Below the pieces are notes generated by a model. That model was given only the letters and a program-made list of their open reading frames with translations, searched no databases and was not told the DNA's origin. The position numbers were made by a program, and so were the translations under genes. 64,000 nucleotides of DNA. Source: Psilocybe cubensis (lineage: Eukaryota). The stretch covers positions 3,162,001 to 3,226,000 of the forward strand of contig CM038998.1 in assembly GCA_017499595.2 (NCBI GenBank). Reading direction: 5' to 3'. Positions 1 through 11,413 of the stretch are shown here, piece by piece. Each line of letters begins with the position of its first letter. Position 1 is the stretch's first letter.

Positions 1-212
1 TAGTAGGCGTGACATATGTGTCGAAAATCGTTGCGCCGCGATAGTCCACAATGGCGAGACGTCTATCAAACCATGGGTCAGTTGAAGAGACGCGCGTGGA
101 ACTAGTTTCGTTGAGGAAAAAAGACTTGCGCAAGTAAGCTGGTCGTTCCACCAGGACCGACCCCAACAACAGTGCACGAGATGGCAATGAAGCGGTCGAT
201 TGAAGGAGCCAT
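1..212 (-). CDS. Rex4-like DEDDh exonuclease-fold protein, 5' part (runs off the window); ExoI acidic residues appear substituted
   Basis: Spliced translation MAPSIDRFIAISCTVVGVGPGGTTSLLA/RLAIVDYRGATIFDTYVTPT resembles Rex4 ALDCEMVGVG..LARVSIV; GC-AG intron 63-129 with CTGAC branch site. Confidence 0.8.
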
Positions 213-1816
213 CTTTGAGATATACGAGAGCGAGATAATGCTTTGGATGGCGCTTGCCGCCAGTCATCCTGGTCTTATAAACATTTTCGGCAGTGCCGTA
301 TGTATGTCTATGGGTTCTCGTATGATACACTCTTGAATGGAGTCCTGCGTGACTGGAAACAAAGTTATGGACAGGGTGCAACGTATCATGGCATGTTCGG
401 AAGGGGAATTGGAGGCATGCCGCAAGAGATTTCGAAATGACACCAACTAAACGACAAGTGTGAGCAGTATTGGATAACAAAAAACCTGAAAGATACCACG
501 TCGAGAAGACCGAAGGAGGCAGAAAGCGCTGACCCTGTCCAAGTTAGATTTCACAGATTTTTTTCAAGATTGTACAGCTTTAGATGCAGATGAAGGAAAT
601 GACGATCTACTCCCGGTTCAATCGCGCGCTTTGAGCGATAAATTCCGAGTATATGCGCCAGGTTTAACAGACTTCTGCAGGGAAGCGAGTTCACTAAAGG
701 CATGTGGCGCAAACGAACCTGGAAGGTAAGTCAACAGTCCATAACAGTCCATGTAGGAACTGAGAGAACAACGATATGGAAAGGATAGAGCTGTATTTGA
801 CCGAGTACACTCCCTTCGCATGAAGATCAGAGTGTACATGCCGCCAAAGCAAAAGGGAATTTAATGAGCTTCGCCAGATACGGATCACGAAATCAGCGGG
901 GTTTTCAAATGAAAAACCTCAGCAAGAAGGATGACGTCTTGAAAAAAGCGTAAAGCCTTTTTGCTTATGGTACCGTCGGCGTCCTCTAGGTTTGAAGGTA
1001 ACGAGCGGCTGGCGACAATCTCCCAAGGAAAGTTGCTTGGTTATTCGGCTTGTGAAGCCTGGGCGCCAACTATTTACACTAGCCTTCTTAGGCAGATACG
1101 CGTCGAATATTGCTCCTCCTCAAAAGAACGAGATAGCTTTCCAATGCGGATATAAGTCAAAAGTTGACAGTAGAGCCCCCAAGAAGTCAATCCCTCGTCA
1201 CCGTGACAGGGAACTTGGTAGTCAATCGAGAATTTTGAATTGATCATCATCAACTCCTGAATGGTAGATGACTAAGGTTATCCACTGAGATCTTTTTCGG
1301 CTCTTTTCTTCAGGACCGTTTTCTGTAATAATGTTGGAAATATAAGGTGCATACTTTGTAGAGGGTGTAATCTCCATATAGTTCTATAATTATTGCTGCC
1401 ATGTGGACGGTGAAGCTTATTGGATTAACCTAGGCTAACGTTACTTAGCTTGATTGGCGCTCAAATTTAAAGTCAGTTCTTGCCGTATATTTTTGTTGCA
1501 TTTTGATTGTGAGTTTCACGATCCGCGCCTTTGCCCACAACATCACAACCCTGCGTGTCCATAGTTCTTATGGTTGTCACTAAAACTTCTTGTAATAGCA
1601 GCTCCACCTTTCGTAGACACATACATTGGGAGTAAATGGAAATCACGAAAACATTGAATGTACACAACTATGTGGGATTGAACCACTGGTTTGGCTAGAT
1701 TTTAAGACAAAATAGGAAGTGCAAACTCCCGAGGCGATAATTTAACCAAATGCCGTGGTCGAGGAATAGCGTTAGCGAACAACATAATAAGGGCCATGAA
1801 TATCATGTACGTTGTC

Positions 1817-3600
1817 TTAGATATTTCGTCCGGCACCTTTCCTCTTCTTGAGAAAATTCCTGAGTTTTCCCCTCAGTCGAGTCCACAACCGTGTTTCTCG
1901 GCCGTACTTAGGGTACAATTCGCGTGGGGGAAAATGAATATGCCACCCTGGACGTCCTCTGTCCACCCCGTTGGCCATAACCTCTTCATGTAATCGCCGC
2001 TGACGATAACGGTCGGACGCCTCGGACTGCATCATTTGGTTTACCACATCCATTCGGCCTTCCTTCAACGCAAGGTGAGAAACACGTCTTCGAACACGCT
2101 TATCTTCCACTTGTTCCCCCCATACACGACGATAGAAGCTCAAAGTTTTCCAGGCAATCGTTCCACATTTTTTGGCGCGTTGTAGAGGGCCCAAAAGGAG
2201 GTAGATTGTACGCGAATTGGGGCGTAACGATGGGTGCAATTTAAGCAGAGAAACGAGCATTCGTCGAGCCTCATAAAATCTAGGCAAACCGTTTTTGGCT
2301 GGGCAAGACACCATGAGAGCATGTATAGTGTCGAGACATCGCAGAGCGCTCTTGGTGTCCATGGATCGTGGGAGCGACTGAAAGTAGGCTTTAGCGAGAT
2401 CAAGTGCCCGGTGACGGTTTCCAGTCCTGATCAATAACTGAGTGAGACAGTATACAGCGAATGGCTTGGTGTTGGGCAGGGTCGGCACATTCGAAGGTCG
2501 GTTGTCGGAGATAAGTTTTTGACGCTTTCGTAGGTCAGCAGGTGCTTCGTCTAGACGTTCGAAGTAGGTCCGCAGAAATTGGCCATCTTCATCATATAAA
2601 TTGCGCCGTACTCGACGCGCTCTAGGTGTGCGGCAGAACTCTAACCAGATCTGGTAGGGAATTTCATCCGAAGGCAGTCTTTTCTCTGCCATCAACTCCT
2701 GCACATAGTTCCAAGCGTTGTTCCATAGTCCCTTCCCAATGTACCACCGAACCTCTAATTTGTAGGTTTCTACGTTTTTAGGAATGTTTGCATCCTCTAG
2801 CCGTCTGAGAAGTTGTTGGGTCATACCATAAGACCCGTGGCGTAGACTCAATGAAATAAGTAGGTTGTAAGAAGATGTTGAGTGCAGATTAGGAAATTGA
2901 GCATGATAGTCCAGAAGTGCGGGTAACGATAATAGAGGTCTGCGAACGTGAAGGAGGTATAGTAAATTTTGGTGTAGCGATCCAGTGCTTTCGGGGGTTG
3001 GGGGAGTTGCAGAGCTAGCAAAGTGCGGGGAATCGGCGAAAGCCGTGTGGGTGGGTTGGAGAGGAGGTTTGCTTGAAAATTGGGGAGAAAGGTTATTTTG
3101 TTCCAGTTTAGGAAGAACAGGATCCAGCTGTAGTTGTGGATTGTAAAGCAAATTGTTCGAAACCGGGTCACCCCAAAGAGGCTTTGGTTTGGTGTGGGAC
3201 CTAGAGGAAGAAGGATGGGGAGCCTTGCTCTCGGAACATTTTACACGATTGTTGTCGCTTCCAGCTCTCGTAATTGGAGTACTGGAGATAGCGCCGTACT
3301 GTCTGCGCCTTGGGAAAGATCAGAACGGGCAGAATAAGAACACGTCCGAAAAACAACGTACTTTGAGTCAGACGGACTGGGTTGGAGAGACTTGTTGGAC
3401 TCATTGGAAGATATAGTAGGAGAACTGGGTGTGTTTACACGGCGTCTCTGAGTAGCTGTGGTAGAAGCATTGGCTTGGACGCGTCTGGACCAGGCGCGAG
3501 CGGCTGCAAGCTGGAGGGTTGTGGCAAAAGAAAGTGAGGTGGCAAGAGAAGGCTCGGAGGTGGTCGGAAAGGGAAGCAGGCGAAGAGCGCGAAGGGGCAT
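1817..3600 (-). CDS. Putative mitochondrial pentatricopeptide-repeat (PPR)-like protein
   Basis: Two exons (GT-AG intron 3309-3361 joins the 119 aa and 444 aa ORFs); Arg/Ser/Leu-rich presequence-like N-terminus; adjacent 35-aa units TSSYNLLISLSLRHGSYGMTQQLLRRLEDANIPKN and VETYKLEVRWYIGKGLWNNAWNYVQELMAEKRLPS. Confidence 0.65.
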
Positions 3601-3858
3601 GCATGGGAATGGATATGCAGGCTTGTGAGATAACTTTCGGAGACGACCTGTTTACGACGAGCTCGAGTTCAGAGTTGACGAGCACCGCGGTCTTCTTTTT
3701 TGCACCTCTTTGTTGCTGTTTGTTTGTCCTTAACCTTCCCGCCTGTCAATCGTGCTCACTCCTGCCGACGGTACTGCTGCCTACAAAGTTATCGATTCAA
3801 ACAATATAGATAGAACAACGGCATCCAAACGAGTGTACTTGTACGAAACCATATCATT

Positions 3859-5156
3859 CTAAAGCTCGTCCATCCGTTGCGAGCTGCTTCTCCCCACCAG
3901 CCAGCCCACCTTGCTTACCCAGCTGTCCCGGATTCCCCTCATCACCTCTTCAGACACACCAGGCGCCTTCGCATCCACCATCGCGTCCAGCGCGCGCTCC
4001 CAGCCCGTCACCGTCTCCCTTCCAAACATACCCCCCTCTCGGTTCACGACTTCATCGATCTTGTCGACCCATGTCTTCCACTCCTGCGTTAGCCGTGGGA
4101 CAATCATCGGCGCCAGTTCAGACAGTGTAAGAGCCGGCTGGTTGATTATCTGATTCGTCACTGCAGCAAGGAAGAGGAAGGTTTCCGAAGGATGGAATTT
4201 ATCCCTGTGCAATCCCTGGATGGTGGTCGCCGAAGTCGTCTGATTGCCGGGAGACGAATCTGTCGTCTGTGTTGGTGGAGGTATGCATGAGAAGTAGGGA
4301 AAGTATGACATGCAGGTTGATACGTAATCCGCAACGTGGGGACGCAGCCGAGAGATTATATATGAGTCGCGCATGACGGGTTGTCCCACAGGAGACGATG
4401 AAGATGTGGGACCAAAAATTGACTGGGGAGCTCGTGTCGACCCAAAGACGGAAGGTCCTTGTGAAAACGTTGGTGTGCTGGAGTACGGATATGCATCTCG
4501 CAACCGCTTGGCTGCTTGAGCCAATACTTGCTCAGCAGATTCGAGAGTCGGTCGGGGAATTAAAGGAAGGATTACAGACTTCAACGAAGGCTGAGTTTGA
4601 AGAAGGGAAGAGAGAAGGGGCAGCAATGATTGAGGAGGGAGGCTAGCTGCAAAAAAACAGTAATGAGCTTTACGTTTCTCTCAAATTCACAGTACAAGGA
4701 ACACTAACCTAACAACACGCCAATGTCAACGTCGTCATCGTTTGAATCTTCAGAGTTTCGCTTGTCTTTGGAAGATGTGGCATCTTTGGTGGCAGCAGAT
4801 TCCGATGGATTGAGGACCCGAGCACGTTTTGGCGCTGCTCGTTTGGGACGCTCGGGTGTAGGACTTCTGTCCATGGATTCATCGCGGGAAAGAGAGCGTC
4901 GCGGATGCTCTGCTTCATCTTCGGGATCATGTCTCCTCTTCTGAGGTCTATTAGACGTCGACTGAGTTAGTGAGGAAGCAAGCTGATGAAAAGCCGCAGG
5001 ATTTGTGTGCCCTGGAGTTGAAGCACCCCAGCCTGTGGCAGTACTCATGGAGGTTGAAGGAGAAGGACCGAGTCCAAATCCAAATCCAAAAGATGAAGGT
5101 GTGTGAGGCACTGGTCTTGGGTGAAAGTCGGTATGCGGATAAAGAACATTGGCCAT
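3859..5156 (-). CDS. STS1: Nuclear proteasome tether Sts1/Cut8 family protein
   Basis: Two exons (intron about 4646-4706); basic NLS-like KRR...PKRAAPKRAR followed by DIGVLLASLPP..LLPLLSSLLQTQPSLKSVILPLIPRPTLE, typical of the Cut8 domain. Confidence 0.8.
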
Positions 5157-5251
5157 CGTAAAAGAGTCGTTAGTTTGAAGGTGGATGTGGTAGGAAGAGA
5201 AAGGTTGTTCGACCTAGCCGAACACAGTGTCTGTTACACTTTTGTCACGGT

Positions 5252-5297
5252 CCACCGTGTGGTCCAAGTCACGTGAATAGGCAATAAACCTGCCCTA
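5252..5297 (+). promoter_or_regulatory. Three-part promoter module CCACCGTG / TCACGTGA / AAACCTGCCCTA in the divergent STS1 - snoRNA-host gap
   Basis: CCACCGTG 5252-5259, TCACGTGA 5269-5276, AAACCTGCCCTA 5286-5297; the same three words occur in the same order upstream of GID8. Confidence 0.6.
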
Positions 5298-5406
5298 TAG
5301 TAGCGCGTTCAAATTTAAAAAGAGAAAAAATCTTCACGTTACGGCTTGACCACTTTCGTTGTTGTTGTTTCCTTTGATTCTTTGGTATGTCCACGTTTCC
5401 CTTTGT

Positions 5407-5493
5407 TTCAAAGACGAGACCAAACGAATCGCTACTTTGAAGCTGCTACTACGGCTCATGAGCTTTATTCATATACCCAAATTTCTGATTTGA
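5407..5493 (+). ncRNA. Box C/D snoRNA, dual guide: snR50-type (25S Gm867 equivalent) plus snR40-type (25S Um898 equivalent)
   Basis: C box AAGACGA 5411-5417; guide GAATCGCTAC 5426-5435 + D' TTGA, complementary to LSU GUAGCGAUUC; guide TATACCCAAATT + D box CTGA 5485-5488, complementary to LSU AAUUUGGGUAUA. Confidence 0.85.
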
Positions 5494-5601
5494 TCCCCCC
5501 CGCGTGTTCAAAACTTCTGCTAATTCATTTTATCTCAGTCTTCTATAACAATTCGATATGTATCATCCGCTGGCATAACGTGAGTTTCTCTTCCTCTCTT
5601 C

Positions 5602-5688
5602 CACAAATGATCGAATAAAATAGAAGTCAAGCACTGACCCCGTCTAAAGGATGGGGGATGTCGATTATCCATGCTAATACTGATCCCT
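5602..5688 (+). ncRNA. Box C/D snoRNA, dual guide: snR66-type (25S Um2417 equivalent) plus snR53-type (18S Am796 equivalent, possibly also U6 A53 equivalent)
   Basis: C-like ATGATCGA 5607-5614; guide AGTCAAGC + D' CTGA 5634-5637 (LSU GCUUGACU); internal stem CCCCGTC/GATGGGG; C' ATGTCGA; guide TCCATGCTAAT + D box CTGA 5680-5683 (AUUAGCAUGGA). Confidence 0.8.
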
Positions 5689-5892
5689 CTTCTCGATATC
5701 CTTCAAAACTTGTTGCTGACCTTTTCTTTCATTCCAGGCACCTTGCTTTTGTTGATATCGTTTTATTTCTGTGTAATTTTGTGACATTGGTGAAACACAT
5801 CCTTGTTGCCGCCGATACTTCTTGTCTGAGAGATATTCAAAATTTTATTACGATAGTATGAAATTGTAAGATAAAAGGATTTCGAAAGCAAT

Positions 5893-8739
5893 TTACAAAT
5901 CTGAAGGATATGGCCAGAACACATTGAGCAACCATAAAACAACAAAGAAAGCAAGTATTCTAACACCCAGTCGAATCGTCCACGAGGTGTTTGCAGCAAA
6001 CAGTCGTTGAGTAAAACTGTGAGAGGCGGGCTGGGATGGATTCTGTGCAAGACGATCCACCCAGCGTCCCGGCCTGATTGGCGTATCGGGCTCGACAGGC
6101 AACGGATTCCCTGATTCATCCTTGAATGTATCGTCTGCTTGGAGAGGTGACAGCGATATGATGATTTCTTGCTCATCAGCGGCCAGCGGTGTCTCGGGTG
6201 AACTTTGGGTCGGAGTCGTCGCCGGTAACTCTACCTCCCGCACTCGCGTTCCACATATAGTCGCAGTGATCTCCGCTGTAGCAAACGACACTCGATCGCA
6301 GAGGTATAAAAACATCCCCGATGTAATTACGAAGTTGATAGGCCTCCATGCTGTGCCAGGAATGACGAGCAGAATACCCTTGCTATCACCCGCTAACCAG
6401 AGGTGATATTGGATTATGAACGCTTCCAAAGAACAGTTGCCCACAAAGACAAAGGCGCGCGACGAAGCCGATCGGAGTGCGACGCTCGAATTCCGCAAAA
6501 TAACGAACGCCAGAACGGGCAGGGTTGAAACGTACGGATGCCATGAGTTGTAAGCAAATTTTGACTCCTGAAAAAGTTCGAACACGAAAAACCAAATTAA
6601 AACAAGGAATGAGAATCCGATGGATCCTTTCATTGCCCAGGGCCAGCGAGGGTGATCCACGAGGCGGTGTTCGCGAACTTTTGCTATGACCACTGAAGAC
6701 AACATCCCGACATATACAATCCAGATGTCAAGGTTGACCCTGAATGCCCATTCTTGCGACGACCAATGTATTGCGAAGACATCGTGCAGAATATTGAACA
6801 ATCCTTCGAGTAACCAACTCTTATCCATAAACCAGGTCATAAACGCTGCTGAGAACAAAATTTTCCCGACGAGAAGAATAGTGCGATCGTTGAATCGGGC
6901 CCCAGCCGCCATTGTAGCATAAACGACAATGTACCACATCGATACCAGTGGGGTAAAGTAGTACGAAATGTAATCCGTATTCATGGTGTACGCCAAAAGA
7001 ATTGTGAACAGATTCAGACGAATGAGAACCTAATAAGATGGATTCAGCGTTGGAACCTGTGTGTAAAAAGTGTCTTCTTACTTGAGCAATTCGTAAAAAT
7101 CCATAATCTGCCTTCCGCAAGTAAAAGGTAGTGTGACCATAGCCAGTCATGAAAAGATATGAAGCGACCAGCACTCGTACTGGATTATATATTCCTGAGA
7201 TCTGGGATCCTCGGAAATAATGGTAGATTAGGATGACCACTACCATATAAGATGAATTAGCATGAGTCTTTGAACACGTTCAAGCATTTGTGCTCACATT
7301 GCATCCAACCCTTCCATTCTTCTGTCTGGTCACGATTGAGGAAGCCTAGGTCGGTTTCTCCTCGTTGCATGGTGGTTAATCCAAGAGCAAGTGATGTAAG
7401 GCACAATAAACTGAATCCCCAAGGATCAAATTGCTTTTGCTCTTTCTGCCAAAAATTTGTCCTGTCTGCTAGATATATAAGGGCGATTGACGACCCAATG
7501 ATTAAAGGAGGTAATGTTTGCTGCCCCAAGAGTGCGGTTCGAACATCTCCCAGACCTGAAAAAATTAGTAGTAGCTTAATAGTGTAGGCAAAACACTTGC
7601 CTGCTGTGAAAGCCTTGTAGGATAGATATGGCCCCAATGCAAGTACCATGAACAAAAACAACAGCTGAGGAATTGATGGTAGTGGGTAACGATTACAACA
7701 TGTCCTATCCAAAGGAAAGACTTTTGGCAACTTATCGTTGCAGCTGAGGTTGATTAGAATCCTAGCTTGGACTTTGACGACAGTATCTGAGTAGTGTAAA
7801 CCGTCTTCTGTAAGTGAGTCGTCCAACATTTTGTTAAACACGAGTGGGAGCGCAACTTCGCCACCAGGGGCTACGGAGAACATGTGCCCCGAGCTATCTG
7901 TAGGTGGGTTTATGCGATGGAATAGATCTGAGTTCATGGCGTCGATGTCCGAATGATGGATGGACAACGCTCTGTCCATGGAGAGCTTCGATACCGAGAC
8001 TTCTTCCACGGGTAGTATAATGACTTCGTCTGCAGGTTTACTGAAGGTCGACAACGAGTCAAAAATTCGTTCCATGTTACTCTCCCAAGCAGATATTCCT
8101 CCGGATGTGTTTGCATAGCGTAGATACCAAAGGCCAGATCCCAATACTAGCATAGCAGGTCGCATAGAATTGGTAGTCGCCGTACCGGCTAACACTTGTT
8201 GAGTGTAAGTGTTGTTGAGGTAGGGATCCCATATGAAAGTGAGATTAGTAGCATGTTGGGACTGTAGGGTATGATCCGCATGCTTTAGGGTATCATCCGT
8301 CGGAGCTGAAGGTAGAGTCGCATCTAAGGTTCTTGCAGTTTGGAAGAAAAGTTTCCGGGTAACAGAATCTCCGATGAATATGATTTCTCTCGACTGAAAG
8401 CAGGGGGCAACCTCGTCTTCGGAGTAGGGATACAACATGCACCCTAACTCACTCCATAAATCTCCTGCACCGGCAAGTAGATTAATATGAACTTACCGTT
8501 TGGTTGCCAGTTCTGATAGTCAGAATCTAACCAACTTCCGTCGTTCAGCAATGCCTCACAATGCATTGGGTCTGCCCATCCTGAAAGTAAAGTTCAGCGT
8601 CATGACGCGACGATGTCATAACATATCACCCACCAAAGAAGAGAAGATGCGTAATTCCAGAGAAACATGCCAGGAGGATGAAGAAAATGCCTAGGAAGTG
8701 TGGCCATGCTGGATTTAATGTAGATTTGAACGACGACAT
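5893..8739 (-). CDS. CAS1: Cas1-family O-acetyltransferase (SGNH-like domain plus 10-TM acyltransferase domain)
   Basis: Multi-exon; FIGDSVTR and DGLHY catalytic motifs, [37 protein letters not shown]; many TM segments. Confidence 0.9.
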
Positions 8740-9229
8740 AGTGTTCTATTCCCTGAGCCTGAACGCTGATTCTAACAGGCCCTCAGAAACTTGCAGGGTA
8801 TCAATGTGTGGGGTATATCTGGGGGAAGTTGGTCGTTGTCAACAGTGGGTAGGAATGTGCTCAGCATGCATAATTTTGAATCTTGTTCGATTCACAGCTC
8901 CAACATTCAACGTTGTTGGAAAGATACATCGTGATTTTTTGGCAAGTCTTCCATGCTTTGGTTTCTCACGCGTCACTAACTGAATACAATTAAAAATAGA
9001 TTCAGTTTAAATAAATATACAGAGTCCGTCCGTCCGTTATTGAGTGTTTCTAAAAGTATGTAATGTAAAGAATGCGATGGTATCGAAAGTTCAATGCTTT
9101 TGATGCAAACATTAGGTAAAAGTATGGGCGTGATGAGGCAACGAAGGTGGGTAACTAAACACCAGTGTTTGAAGATCCTGACAAACCTGGTTGTCGGGAT
9201 GGTTAGTAGAGCTTTAATGTGCAAAGATA

Positions 9230-11413
9230 TTATGACAGACCAGTTCTAAAACAAGTCAATTTCAATTAGACTCAAATCTAGACGATGAAGAAGAAAACAT
9301 ACCCTTGACAGTGGTTATTCGCAGAGGACGGTATGCAAGATAAGTATCGGCATCCAGAACATGCTATTATGGTTTATGTTACTTTTAAGTAAAAACAATT
9401 ACTTAAAGGAAGAAAAAAACGTACCAGCGTATGGATCTGAGGTATAGAAATTTTTGACAAGTGCAACAAATAGAATGATTGCCAAAGGTATCGCAGCCAG
9501 TCGGAAGCCCCATGTAATGTATCGATGCCGTTTAGTGACACTGATAACTGGATAGAAGATGGTTCCAACAAGTAAACCCATCACAAAACCTCCTATGTGG
9601 GCTGAAATGCATTTCAGTCAGTTCAAAGTAAGAGTATGCCATAATAACAACTGACCAAAATTATCGACATCTAGTAGTATGGACCTGAGCAACGAATGAA
9701 ACCACATATTGATTGAAAGCGCTTACAAGGTATGTAACCAAGCGCAACACCAATGAGTAATTCGATAGTCATAAATATGAGCTGACGCGGTATATCATAT
9801 ACGGTGAATTAGGATGATCATAATATGAGATATTCGACTAACCTTTCTGACTGGGCGGTATTGAAATTTCCAATGTGCTAGAAGGTCTACCCAAGTCACC
9901 TATATAGTGGCTATATAAGAGCAATAAAGCGGATTAAAATGTTGCACGTACAGCGACGGTCCCAAAGATGGCGCCACTGGCTCCAACAGACGGCACCCCT
10001 ACCAGCGAGAAATTGCCTCCAAGAACATTTCTGGATACAAAATATCAGCAATTAGCAAAACAGTAGATTGAACATGAAGCTTGAAGAATAATTACTTACC
10101 CAAAGATGCCTGCTGCTGCGTATGTGATGAGAAAACCACCGGAACCCATTTCTCTCTCAATCTATCATGCACAATAAGGCTTAAAACACAGTTCTTCAGC
10201 GTAACATTGCGTACCTGTGCGCATAGTGTAAGCTGGGCCAGCATGTTCAGAAGAATGTGGATAATGCCGGCGTGGAGGAAAATAGCCGTCATGAATCTGG
10301 TAAAGATCAATGGTATATCAACAGCATTATGAAAGTAGAAGATAAAACCCACCGGAACCATTGGTTAGGGTCTTTACCATGAAATCCTATGAATCAATAT
10401 CTCAGTTAGATACAAGACAGCAATTATAAGCTTGCTACACACCACCAAAGCCGCAAAGATCTTCGACTGTACATACAGAAGTTGCAGGGTTGGCAGTATT
10501 GTTCATACCTGGATGAACCAGGTATCAGGCCCAAAGGATCAGTAGTCATATTGCGTCGGAATACTTACAGCCAATAAGCGTGGTTGGAGGCACCTGCTCG
10601 ACCAATTTCATACAAGGTGGAAACCGTGCCCCAACATTGATAAGGGCACTCCCTGATGGTCCTAACATAGGATTGATGGTTGGCTAACGCCATATTAGCA
10701 TTGTACCTTCCAATGATCCTGTGGAATCACACGTACCTTGAATGATATAGGACTTCCTTGCTCTCTAGAATTTAACACGAGTTCATAGACGAATACGCCA
10801 ATCATCGCAACGGTGAGAGCATATACTATCGATTTTGTGAATACACACAGAACAGGATAACTAATGGGCTTCAAACTCACCGACAAAAGGGTATTTCTGC
10901 CGACCAATTCCTCGTTTCTTGTCTTCTATCCGTTGTTCCAATGGGTATTTGGCTGAGGACATGAATTTGGATAAACCAGCCTGTTTCGAATCCAAAGCTC
11001 TACTTTGATTTTGGGGCTCCGCATACTCTACAGGACAGGTAAGAGATGGTTTAAAAGATATGGCTTAGCAGTGCACCTAAATCTTGATATCCCCCCTTTC
11101 TTCTCTGAGAAACACCGCGAACAAGAGGAGTATCAGGCGAATCATCCATATGTTCGTGAAATCTTTGGGTAGGCTCGTTGTCAGAATAGCTGGTAAGCCT
11201 ATTAGCGGGATCACTAGAGCTTGTTGGAATCATCCCAATGTTTCGTTCCACTTTCGATGGATCAAAACTTTCGCTCAAGTCGCGTCCTTTGTTATTGTCA
11301 TAAACATCTGTTACGTCGGTTGTCCTCGAAGTTGAAGGTTGAACTTGGTGGGCGCTGTCGTATCCAAAGGTATACGGATCCTTCTCTACAGAAGTTCGCT
11401 TTGGAGAAGCCAT
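9230..11413 (-). CDS. Rhomboid family intramembrane serine protease
   Basis: Many exons; FLHAGIIHILLNM, VGASGAIFG (about 9961-9990), DNF/AHIGGF, Cys-rich C-terminus CSGCRYLSCIPSSANNHC. Confidence 0.9.

Larger units (their letters stand above)
5330..5860 (+). ncRNA. Spliced non-coding snoRNA host gene with two introns (ends approximate)
   Basis: GTATGT donor 5385 to CAG 5538 (CTAAT branch); 41-nt exon; GTGAGT donor 5580 to CAG 5737 (CTGAC branch); no credible ORF; each long intron holds a C/D snoRNA. Confidence 0.75.

Noticed and set aside
243-1700. Several 60-80 aa ORFs and plus-strand GTATGT/GTAAGT words
   Set aside because: No exon chain gives a recognisable or long protein
5346-5861. ORFs of 90 aa and 67 aa
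   Set aside because: They run through introns and snoRNA boxes; better explained by a non-coding host
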